Positions 1 through 8,178 of a DNA stretch of 18,847 nucleotides are shown here, in pieces. Location of the stretch: positions 1 through 18,847 of the forward strand of contig JBCCQY010000179.1 of NCBI GenBank assembly GCA_039208735.1, written 5' to 3'. Origin of the DNA: Myxococcota bacterium (GTDB lineage: Bacteria > Myxococcota_A > UBA796 > GCA-2862545). Position numbers and translations under genes: made by a program. Position 1 is the first letter of the stretch. Every line of letters starts with the position of its first letter. The notes under the pieces were generated by a model. It saw only the letters and a program-made list of their open reading frames with translations, did not search any database and was not told where the DNA came from.

Positions 1-2
1 CT

Positions 3-557
3 CGGTACACGCGGGACACCGTCCTGAACGCTACACTCGAGGTCATTCGGCGCGAGGGCTTGCGCGCGGTGAGCGCACGCTCGGTGGCCAAAGCGCTAGA
101 CGCCTCCACGGCACCTGTGTCTGCGGCGTTTGACTCCATGCAGGCCCTCATCGAGGCGGCGGTGGACCGCATCATCGCGTTACTTCTCGCGACCCTCGAA
201 GCGGCCCGGGGCCCGGATCCGCTTCGGGCTGCGGCGTTTGGTTTCGCTCGTTTCACCGCCGATGAGCCCAACTACTATGAGGCTCTCTTCTTGTTGCCTC
301 ACGCCGTGCCGCCAGACTGGGTCCGGCTACGGCGTTCGTTTTCGGAACGCCTCGATCGCCACGAGCGTTTCGGTGATCTTTCCCCTCGTCAACGGGACGC
401 CTTGGCCTGGAGAGCCAGCGTGGTGACGCACGGCATCTGCATCGAAATCTGGTCAGGCCGGTGGGCGCGGACGGATGACGAAGCGCTTCGCCGCCTGGTG
501 GACCAATTGGTTGAGCCGATCACGGCCATGTACCTTTTCGATGCCGGGGTCCCGTGA
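3..557 (+). CDS. TetR/AcrR-family transcriptional regulator (5'-partial, start lies before the window)
   Basis: The frame is open from position 3: RYTRDTVLNATLEVIRREGLRAVSARSVAKALDASTAPV is a TetR-type N-terminal HTH. The helical C-terminal domain has AWRASVVTHG, reminiscent of WHG-type TetR domains. Confidence 0.85.
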   Translation, partial: RYTRDTVLNATLEVIRREGLRAVSARSVAKALDASTAPVSAAFDSMQALIEAAVDRIIALLLATLEAARGPDPLRAAAFGFARFTADEPNYYEALFLLPHAVPPDWVRLRRSFSERLDRHERFGDLSPRQRDALAWRASVVTHGICIEIWSGRWARTDDEALRRLVDQLVEPITAMYLFDAGVP

Positions 558-588
558 CGGAGAGGGATGGGTCGCCGCTTTTGCGAGA

Positions 589-2823
589 CTAGCGCGGGCT
601 CACCACGTCATCTGAGGTGGTCATCTCGACCGTTGCCTGTAGCGCCGTCGATTCGTCAGCGTTGGGGCCCGCCCATATCCGATAGGTCCCGGGTTCGAGG
701 GCCCAGGTCTTCGAACTCGGGTTGAACATGCGCAGCTCGCGCTTGGCTACCCTCACGGTCACGTGCAACGATTCGCCAGGCTGAAGTCTGACCTTCTCAA
801 AGCCCTTGAGGAGCTTGCGCGGGCGTTCGAGGGTCGCGTCTTCCGCGCCGATGTAGACCTGGACGACCTCGTTCCCGGCACGGTCTCCGGTATTCGTGAC
901 GGTGACGCTCACGTCGACCGCGTCGTCTCGAACGCTCACTTGAAGGTTCGCGTATTCAACGCTGGTGTAGCTAAGGCCAAAGCCGAAAGGAAGTCGCGGC
1001 GAATGGCCATTCTTATCGAGCAGTGAATAGCCATGGTACATCCCGTACTCCATGGTCGCATCCGTGTTGCTGAAGTACGGCAACTGACTCGGCGTTCGTG
1101 GGAGCGTAAACGGAAGTCGACCTGAGGGGGCGACCTCGCCGAACAGGATTCGGGCGAGCGCGTGACCACCTTCCATTCCTGCGTACCAACCGTAAAGGAC
1201 CGCGGGGACCCGTTCGGCCCACGAGTCCAGCAGCACCATGCCTCCGCAAACGAGCGTCACGACGGTGTTGGGATGAATGCCCGATACTGCTTCGATCATG
1301 GCGACCTGGTCGGCGGGCAGTGAAAGGGACTCGCGGTCTCCTCCAGGAAGCTTGCCGGGCGAGCGCTGATTACCGCCATAGAAATAGCCCAGCATTCCCG
1401 CCAGTTGTCGTACGAGGAACGCCTTGAGTCCCATTCCCTGATTGCGGTACCCATCGGCGATGGGAGCGGCCAATTGCGCGGTGTCGCCTGGGCTCAATGA
1501 CTCACCTTCATCGTGGTAGTCGTGCCCCGCGACGATGATGACTCCATCGACCGTCGCGGCGAGGCGCCGTGCCTTTTCGAGGTTTCGTTCGTCCAGGTGG
1601 ATGATCTTCACCTGGCGGCCCAACAGCGCTTGGATGCCGGCGAGTGGGGTGACCACATGCGGGGCAAAAATCCGACTTGAGCCGTGATCTCCTGTGTTCT
1701 CACGGCCCGCGAGTTTGCCCAAGATCAAGACGCGTTTCATGGCGCCCTTGTCCAAGGGTAAGGTTTGATCATCGTTCTTGACGAGTACCATCGAGGCTTC
1801 GGCAACCTCCCGGGCAAGGGCGACGTGGTCGGGGTGCGCGACGAGGTCCTGCGGGTACGTTTGAGGATCGGGGGTGTTTTCGAAGACGGTCAACGTGCGC
1901 AGGACGCGTCGCACGGAGGCGTCGACGTTGTGCTCTGCCACATCACCGCGTTGCACGGCCTCCAACAGGGCCCGGGCGTAATGAACCGGCATGGGCATTT
2001 CGACGTCCAAGCCTGCCTCAATGGCCTTCTTCGTGTCTCGAATGCCGAAGAGGAAGTCGCTGATCGTGAATCCCTCGAATCCCCAATCCTCGCGTAGGAT
2101 TTCCGTCAGTAGTTTGTGGCTTTCGCAGGCCTGATCGCCTTCGTAGAGATTGTAGGCTCCCATCACCGATGCGGCCCCGGCCTCGATTCCCTTCTTGAAT
2201 TGTGGCAGATAGACTTCGTGCAGCGCCCGATCGTCAACGCGTACATCCACGAAGAAGCGGCTGTTTTCGATGTTGTTGAGTGCGTAGTGCTTGAGGCAGG
2301 CCATGACGTTGTGCTCTTGAACGCCGTTCACCATGGCGACGCCCATTTCCCCCAAATGATAGGGATCTTCGCCGTAGGTTTCCTGGGAACGTCCCCACGC
2401 GGGGTGACGGAGGACGTTGATGCACACGCCAGCAAAGGTGTTGGCCCCCTGCGCGCGGCATTCCTTGCCTACGACGTCACCGACCCGTTGCTCCAACGCT
2501 CGATCGAAGGTTGCCCCACGGGCCATCGCAACGGGAAAGCAGGTTGCCTTGCCCATCACCACCCCACGCGGTCCGTCGCTGAACGCAATGGGAGACACGC
2601 CGAGGCGCGGAAGCCCTGGGGTTTCAATGGGGACCGGATTGTAGGGGTTTCTGTGGCGGATGAAGTTGCGAATGGGGTCCCAATGTCCATTCAGCACTCG
2701 CACCTTCTCCTCGAGCGTCAGGTGCTTGAGGACCGACGCGACTCGTTCCTCGATCTCGTCCCTGGTGAGATTGCAGGTCGTCTCTTTGCCAAACAGCGGA
2801 AGGGGCCGGTCATGGTTGTACAT
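589..2823 (-). CDS. Glycoside hydrolase family 3 beta-glucosidase-like enzyme (GH3 N + GH3 C + FnIII-like), no signal peptide
   Basis: GH3 motifs SDGPRG, ATCFP, GRSQETYGEDP, KHYALN, ISDF (nucleophile Asp), GGDR, PSGRLPFT and PFGFGLSY. FnIII-like tail VTNTGDRAGNEVVQVY...LKGFEKV. GAGGAGG RBS just before the ATG. Confidence 0.95.
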   Translation of the reverse strand: MYNHDRPLPLFGKETTCNLTRDEIEERVASVLKHLTLEEKVRVLNGHWDPIRNFIRHRNPYNPVPIETPGLPRLGVSPIAFSDGPRGVVMGKATCFPVAMARGATFDRALEQRVGDVVGKECRAQGANTFAGVCINVLRHPAWGRSQETYGEDPYHLGEMGVAMVNGVQEHNVMACLKHYALNNIENSRFFVDVRVDDRALHEVYLPQFKKGIEAGAASVMGAYNLYEGDQACESHKLLTEILREDWGFEGFTISDFLFGIRDTKKAIEAGLDVEMPMPVHYARALLEAVQRGDVAEHNVDASVRRVLRTLTVFENTPDPQTYPQDLVAHPDHVALAREVAEASMVLVKNDDQTLPLDKGAMKRVLILGKLAGRENTGDHGSSRIFAPHVVTPLAGIQALLGRQVKIIHLDERNLEKARRLAATVDGVIIVAGHDYHDEGESLSPGDTAQLAAPIADGYRNQGMGLKAFLVRQLAGMLGYFYGGNQRSPGKLPGGDRESLSLPADQVAMIEAVSGIHPNTVVTLVCGGMVLLDSWAERVPAVLYGWYAGMEGGHALARILFGEVAPSGRLPFTLPRTPSQLPYFSNTDATMEYGMYHGYSLLDKNGHSPRLPFGFGLSYTSVEYANLQVSVRDDAVDVSVTVTNTGDRAGNEVVQVYIGAEDATLERPRKLLKGFEKVRLQPGESLHVTVRVAKRELRMFNPSSKTWALEPGTYRIWAGPNADESTALQATVEMTTSDDVVSPR

Positions 2824-3057
2824 GGACCTCCTCGTCTTGTTTACTTTACCGCTGCGTGCGTGGGCGGCGAACAGCTTAGCGGAACCATTACCATCGCATT
2901 CGGCGACCTTTTGGCCAAAGCCAGAATTCGGTTCTGCAACGAAGCGGGCTGTCTGACGGCAACCACCGGCAAAGACGGTCTGCTTCTGTTCACCGCGACA
3001 CGACCCAGACTTGGATGATGGACGAGCTTCGATCTGACAATCCTTCGGAAATCCTGA

Positions 3058-3153
3058 AGGGCCGCCGAGGCGCTTGCACGAGTCGACGAAGCCTTGGCGC
3101 TCGACCCTACCGATGCCGATCTCCTCGAGCTTCGCGCCGTGCTCGCGCCATAA
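3058..3153 (+). pseudogene. Probable 3' remnant of a TPR-containing gene
   Basis: Reads RAAEALARVDEALALDPTDADLLELRAVLAP*, resembling the TPR pattern (A...AL.LDP). An in-frame TGA lies immediately upstream (3055-3057) and there is no RBS. Confidence 0.45.
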
Positions 3154-3207
3154 GCCATGGCCGAAAGATCGAGGTGTTCCGTCCCCCCACGACGAGCCAC
3201 CGTCGAC

Positions 3208-5415
3208 TCATGATGGTGTGAGCGCACTTCGAACCAGTTCACCAAGCGTGTGCTGGTCGTCGGGCCGTTTCGTGCGAACGTCCAACACGAGATGCCCAAG
3301 GCGGTCGCGCTCGGTTGGCGACAGCTCCTTGTTCGTCAGTACGATGACGGGAATGTCACGCCAGCCCGGATGTTCTTGCAACAATCGGAGCGTCTCGAAA
3401 CCGTCCATCTTGGGCATCATGAGGTCCAGGACGATCAGGTCCGCGGGAGCCTGCTGGAGGAGGCCAAGCGCTTCTGCTCCGTTGCGCGCCTCGCGGAACT
3501 CGATCACGAATTCGGGACCGTCTGGCGGCCCCGGCCTCGGCTCTGCGATGTCGGCCAGACTGGTTCGAAGGGAGCGGCGAGCGGCTCCATCATCGTCGAC
3601 CACCAAGATGCGAACCGGTGGGCGTGAAGGCGACAAGAACCGTGTGACGGTCTGCAGAATGCGCGTCCGCTCGATTGGCTTGACCAGGTAGGCGACGGCA
3701 CCCAGCTCTTGGGCGTGCGAAGGTGCATCCACAACCGAAAGCATCACCACAGGGAGGCTACGGTGCAGGCGGCGTAGCTCCCGTAGCACTTCCCACCCGT
3801 CTATCTGGGGCAGGAGTACATCGAGCAGCACCAATGCGGTCTGCCGGTTGCGAACCCAGGCCAACCCTTGCTCTCCGGTCGTCACACCGACGACGTTGAG
3901 TTCGTGACCAGCCAGAATGTGGCGCACTTGTTCGTGCATGGCTTGGTCGTCGTCCACCAACAACACCGTTGGGTGCGCTGGATCGAAGTCACCTTCGGGC
4001 ACCGGCAACGGGATGCCCGCAATCGGTGTCACCTCGTCTCGCAGCCCGGAGTGATGTTTGGGCAGTCGCATCGTGAACGTCGAACCTTCGCCTGGCGCGC
4101 TTATGACGGTGACGGAGCCTTCGAGTAACTCGGCAAGCTTTCGACAGACTGCTAGCCCCAATCCAGTTCCTCCGTAGTTCCGGTTGATCTCTTGACTACC
4201 TTGTTCAAACCCCTCAAAAATCGTGTCCAGACGCTCTTGTGGAATGCCGATTCCTGTGTCCTGAACCTCGATTTCGATCGTCTCGTCGAACTCGCGGAGC
4301 TGGACCTGGATCTTACCATTATTGGTGAACTTCGCTGCGTTCGACAGCAGATTCAGCACAATCTGGCGAACCTTGGTGAGATCGGTCCAAAGGGTGGGTC
4401 CGGTGGGAGGAGCGCGGAGGTGAAGTTCGTTGTTTCGGAGCTGGACCAGCGGCTGCAAGTCGTCGACACAGGTGCGAAGGAGTTCTCCGAGTGACACGCG
4501 GTCAAACGACAGCTCGACGTGCCCGGCTTCGATGCGCGCGAGGTCAAGCAAGTCATTGATGAGCAACAACAGGTGTCGACCCGAGCGCTCGATCTTGGTG
4601 AGGTCCTCGACCGACTCCTCGTCGACGCTGTCCTCGGCCAGCATCTGCGCGTAGCCAATGATGGCGTTGAGTGGCGTGCGCAGCTCGTGAGACATGTTGG
4701 CGAGGAAGGTCGACTTGGCTTCGTTTGCGCGCTCAGCGGCTTGGCGTGCGGTTTCGGCGACCATGGAGGACTGCTCGGCGGCCCGCCGAGCCTGAATCTG
4801 TCGAGCGAAGACCACTTCGTTCCAGTACGCATAAATGAAACCGTATACGAAGATAGCGGTAAGCAGCACCATCGCGATGGGGAACGAGAGATCTGCCTCG
4901 GCGTAAAGGGTTCCATCTACATACCACTTGGCGAAGACCAGGTGTCCCGCGGTAGTCAGAAAGACCACGAACAGCCCACTGGACCGCATGCCGAAACTCG
5001 CGCTGACGATGCAGAGACCTGCGAGGTACGCGGCGGGCGTGAACTGGGAGAGTACAATGATGTCGAAAACCAGGAGTACACCGATCAAGAAGCTGACGAT
5101 AAAGGCCGCAAAGCTCACCTGCCCGCGTTGGCTCAGCGCGATCCCGGTAAGATAAAGCGCCGTTTGGACCGGGGCGGTGAGCATCACCGTGAGGTACCCC
5201 GGATCGGTGAGCAAACCAGCCGCCAGGCCCATCAGGGGTAACGAGATCCACGGCAGGATGGCATAGACCGCTAAGAGTAAAATCTGCGCCTGGCCCCTAC
5301 GCTTCACGTCCGGATCGTCGGATTGGACCGAAAAGAACCAATCCGACCAACGCCCCAACGAGGTGAGCGAGGTCAGCGCAACGGAGGGTCCACGGGACCT
5401 GAAGGATTCTGTCAT
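3208..5415 (-). CDS. Membrane-bound hybrid sensor histidine kinase (multi-TM - HisKA - HATPase_c - REC - REC)
   Basis: H-box FLANMSHELRTPLNAIIGY, N-box QIVLNLLSNAAKFT, G1 DTGIGI, G2 GGTGLGL. Two receivers: VLLVDDD...LLDVLLPQIDGW...YLVKP and ILVVDDD...VLDLMMPKMDGF. Hydrophobic N-terminal ~200 aa. Confidence 0.96.
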   Translation of the reverse strand: MTESFRSRGPSVALTSLTSLGRWSDWFFSVQSDDPDVKRRGQAQILLLAVYAILPWISLPLMGLAAGLLTDPGYLTVMLTAPVQTALYLTGIALSQRGQVSFAAFIVSFLIGVLLVFDIIVLSQFTPAAYLAGLCIVSASFGMRSSGLFVVFLTTAGHLVFAKWYVDGTLYAEADLSFPIAMVLLTAIFVYGFIYAYWNEVVFARQIQARRAAEQSSMVAETARQAAERANEAKSTFLANMSHELRTPLNAIIGYAQMLAEDSVDEESVEDLTKIERSGRHLLLLINDLLDLARIEAGHVELSFDRVSLGELLRTCVDDLQPLVQLRNNELHLRAPPTGPTLWTDLTKVRQIVLNLLSNAAKFTNNGKIQVQLREFDETIEIEVQDTGIGIPQERLDTIFEGFEQGSQEINRNYGGTGLGLAVCRKLAELLEGSVTVISAPGEGSTFTMRLPKHHSGLRDEVTPIAGIPLPVPEGDFDPAHPTVLLVDDDQAMHEQVRHILAGHELNVVGVTTGEQGLAWVRNRQTALVLLDVLLPQIDGWEVLRELRRLHRSLPVVMLSVVDAPSHAQELGAVAYLVKPIERTRILQTVTRFLSPSRPPVRILVVDDDGAARRSLRTSLADIAEPRPGPPDGPEFVIEFREARNGAEALGLLQQAPADLIVLDLMMPKMDGFETLRLLQEHPGWRDIPVIVLTNKELSPTERDRLGHLVLDVRTKRPDDQHTLGELVRSALTPS

Positions 5416-5648
5416 GCCGCAATTCTACTCAGCCAAGGGCGGCTTGTGGCTTGCGTGGCCTTTCGCGTCAACGGACCTTTCGCTTGTGATCAAGAAGAAC
5501 GGCATGAATTGTCGCAACCGGCGATGAACGATGGGGCGGCCGACCCACCATGTTGTGGGCGCGTCCGTTCGATCGGCGCCACAGGCCTGGCGAGTTTGAT
5601 CGTGGTATTGCTCCGTTCGTTGTGCCGTCGCCAGGAACGGATGGACCA

Positions 5649-6122
5649 TTGGTAGACTGTGTCAAATGCGGCCGGACGCTTTCGGATGGCGGGCTCTTCG
5701 GTGAGGGAGGCCCCACCTGCGAGGCCTGCCTTCGCCGATGGGCCATGGCCGTGGATGTCCGACGATCGTTGGCAGAGGCCATCCAGAATTTCGGAGGGCT
5801 TACTGCGTGGGGGATTTCCTGCGCCGTGATTGCAGGAATCGCGACCTTCTACGCTCTGGTCGCCCCCCATGTGTACACCGCCGGATTTTGGCTCATGATG
5901 GTGTTCGGACTGGCCTGGGTGGGATTGTGGATCGTTCGCGAGGGACAGGGCCTGCGAGCTCTTCATCGACGCCTTACGGACGTTGCGGACCTCCGGATCC
6001 CAAAGTCTGCCAGATGGCTTCCGGTGTTCGGCCAGATTGCGGTCGTGCTAGGGACAACGCTTGTCGTGGCCGCAGGGAGCAGTTTGGTGGCCGCGTTCGG
6101 GCTCGCCTTGTTCCGCGGCTAG
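5649..6122 (+). CDS. Hypothetical membrane protein with N-terminal CxxC...CxxC motif (start uncertain: TTG 5649 or ATG 5550)
   Basis: CVKC-x16-CEAC followed by about three hydrophobic segments. It fills the gap between the kinase and the convergent gene ending at 6132. Confidence 0.65.
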   Translation: MVDCVKCGRTLSDGGLFGEGGPTCEACLRRWAMAVDVRRSLAEAIQNFGGLTAWGISCAVIAGIATFYALVAPHVYTAGFWLMMVFGLAWVGLWIVREGQGLRALHRRLTDVADLRIPKSARWLPVFGQIAVVLGTTLVVAAGSSLVAAFGLALFRG

Positions 6123-6131
6123 CCCAACCGC

Positions 6132-6512
6132 TTAGGGTGTACGCCCGTGGCGCCAAGCCAAGAGCACACCGAGGGTCAACGTGATGAGATTGAACGGCAA
6201 GGCGGCGAGGAAGAACGCGACGCCATCGATCTGGTAGTTCAGAAACATCGAGATGACCATCATCACGGCGGCCGCCACACCACCGAACCCGCGGGTCCGG
6301 GGAACGAGGACGAGCACCCCGATTCCTGCGGCCAAGACGTTGCCCAAAATGTCGAACCAGGCAGGTGGTTTCGCCTCGAGGGGAGTGCTCGGATTGCCCG
6401 AACCAAGGGCGGCGACAAACATGGCGATGGCCACGACGATCGCGGCAACCGTGTAGAGGGTGCGGGTGCGTGGCGTTTCACCCGGCACCGGAGCATGGAG
6501 GAAGTTCAACAT
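6132..6512 (-). CDS. Small integral membrane protein, DoxX-like
   Basis: About four hydrophobic helices. GIGVLVLVPRTRGFGG resembles the DoxX 'G..LL.P.tr..g' pattern. GGAG precedes ATG 6512, 15 nt downstream of the barrel gene stop. Confidence 0.75.
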   Translation of the reverse strand: MLNFLHAPVPGETPRTRTLYTVAAIVVAIAMFVAALGSGNPSTPLEAKPPAWFDILGNVLAAGIGVLVLVPRTRGFGGVAAAVMMVISMFLNYQIDGVAFFLAALPFNLITLTLGVLLAWRHGRTP

Positions 6513-6527
6513 CAAGATCTCCAAGGA

Positions 6528-7442
6528 TCAGTATTCGTAAGTGAGTCGGGCTTTGATGAACGGAGCCGGGGGCAAGCGCTGTTCGCCGAAGGAGACGGCC
6601 TCGTCCTGGGCATTGAGCATCTCGAAGCGTCGGTAGACGCTGATGCCGCCGCGAACGTCGAACCACAGCTCGCCCGCGACCCGCGCGCCGACGAAGCCTC
6701 CGCCGTTGCCGTCGGTGTAGGCGAGGTGGTCCACACACTCTGCGGGATTCGCTGCCGGCCCCACGCAGTCCGGTCCGTTCACGATCTCTGGGAGGCGAAT
6801 CGCGTACTCGTTCCCCACGATCTCGGCGAACAGCCCCAGCCGGGCTCGATCGATAGGCCGCCAAGTGGCGACCGTCTTCGCGGGGATCAGCGCCTCGATC
6901 GTAAACCGGTCGGATGGCTCCCAGTCCAACGACAGCAGAGGCAAAGGAAGAAACTGGCCGAACGCCCAGGTGGCCGCGCCACCGAACCCGAGTCGAAGGG
7001 CACCGGAAATCTCACGCTTGGCGAGGATGAATCCAGATAGTCGTACGACGTCGCGGTCAACGGCGAGCAGATCACCGGCGAGCCCACCGGCCAGCTGACC
7101 GATCAGTGTCCAGTGCTCACCGACCTCCTGCAACAACCCCAGTGACACCTCGACCTCGTGCAGACGCGGCACGGGAAGCGCATCGACCGGTGGATCGACG
7201 AAGCGCGGAGCCTCCAATCGATACGAGCCGCCAGGCAACAGATAGGTTCTCTCTGCAATCTGGATGGGCAGCCCGAACTCCATAGCGAAGGAGTTGACCT
7301 CGGTCGTGATGGGGGTCGGGGTGTCGTAGATGACCGGCGCAGTGCTCTGAAACTGCAGGGCGACAAGCTCGCCAGCCTGTGCAGGGGAGGACGCGGCCCA
7401 CGTGAACAGGGCGAACGCCATTCCAAAGGGCAATCGAATCAT
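6528..7442 (-). CDS. Outer-membrane beta-barrel protein, DUF6268-like
   Basis: GAGG RBS before ATG 7442. Signal peptide MIRLPFGMAFALFTWAASSPAQA. Alternating beta-strand pattern and aromatic C-terminus (KARLTYEY). FGQFLPLPLLSLDWEPSDRFTIEALIP recalls DUF6268. Confidence 0.8.
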   Translation of the reverse strand: MIRLPFGMAFALFTWAASSPAQAGELVALQFQSTAPVIYDTPTPITTEVNSFAMEFGLPIQIAERTYLLPGGSYRLEAPRFVDPPVDALPVPRLHEVEVSLGLLQEVGEHWTLIGQLAGGLAGDLLAVDRDVVRLSGFILAKREISGALRLGFGGAATWAFGQFLPLPLLSLDWEPSDRFTIEALIPAKTVATWRPIDRARLGLFAEIVGNEYAIRLPEIVNGPDCVGPAANPAECVDHLAYTDGNGGGFVGARVAGELWFDVRGGISVYRRFEMLNAQDEAVSFGEQRLPPAPFIKARLTYEY

Positions 7443-7494
7443 GGAAACCTCTTGGAGAGCACCGTCCCAGGGCCGATTCGGACGGTCAGTCATG

Positions 7495-7530
7495 AATGAC
7501 AAAGTCGTCAATTTTGACGAAGATGTCATT
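7495..7530. promoter_or_regulatory. 36-bp imperfect palindrome made of two TGAC-N6-GTCA boxes; probable TetR operator pair in a divergent promoter
   Basis: AATGACAAAGTCGTCAATTTTGACGAAGATGTCATT, with boxes at 7497-7510 and 7515-7528. TTGACG(7514-7519)-17 nt-TAGGAA-6 nt-ATG(7549) overlaps box 2. Confidence 0.75.
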
Positions 7531-7548
7531 AACCGATAGGAACGACTC

Positions 7549-8178
7549 ATGGCAAGTGAAACCAGCGAAAAACCGACTCGGGGGCACAAAAAGAAGGCTC
7601 GGACCCGTCGTCGTCTCATCGAGGCCGGCGTGAAGTCCTACGGGGCGTTCGGCGCGGCGATGACCGTTCAGCATGTGGTCGCCGAGGCCGACGTCTCCCA
7701 CGGCACCTTCTACAACTACTTTGAGGATCTCGATGCGCTGGTGGAGGCCGTTGCCGTCGACGTGATCACGGAGCTTGGCGAAGCCGTGGCGAGCGCAGGC
7801 CACGCGGATCCTGCGCAGCGCTTCGCCACGGCCAGCCTTCAAACGCTGATCCTGTTGGGCCGACGTACGGAATTCGCGCGGGTCATCCTGCGATTGGTCA
7901 CGCGGGGCGATCGCGAGCAGGGATTCACCATGAATCTCCGGGCGGATCTGGCTGAGGGCCAGGCGTCGGGACGCTTTCGTGCGTTCCCGGATGAGTTGGC
8001 CGAGGATGCTGTTTACGGCATGCTCGTCGTCTCGCTCCACCGCATGGTGGTGGGTCGTTGGAGCGAAGACCGCGCACGTCTCATCGTCGAGCACTTACTC
8101 AAGGTGTTGGGGGTGCCTGCCGCAGAAGCAGCGGAGTTGGTGGCGAATGCCAGCGCGTCCCTTCCCCCTCCAACCTAG
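7549..8178 (+). CDS. TetR/AcrR-family transcriptional regulator
   Basis: KKARTRRRLIEAG...MTVQHVVAEADVSHGTFYNYFEDLDAL is a canonical TetR HTH. Divergent from the barrel gene. Confidence 0.93.
   Translation: MASETSEKPTRGHKKKARTRRRLIEAGVKSYGAFGAAMTVQHVVAEADVSHGTFYNYFEDLDALVEAVAVDVITELGEAVASAGHADPAQRFATASLQTLILLGRRTEFARVILRLVTRGDREQGFTMNLRADLAEGQASGRFRAFPDELAEDAVYGMLVVSLHRMVVGRWSEDRARLIVEHLLKVLGVPAAEAAELVANASASLPPPT

Noticed and set aside
2116..2823. 300-aa + strand ORF (2116-3018) overlapping the GH3 gene
   Set aside because: It is an antisense shadow of a well-supported gene, common in GC-rich DNA. Only its non-overlapping tail is kept as a weak finding.
4519..5241. 240-aa + strand ORF
   Set aside because: It is antisense to the histidine kinase and has no recognisable motifs.
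6147..7040. 297-aa + strand ORF
   Set aside because: It is antisense to two RBS-supported genes, and its composition is typical of a shadow frame.
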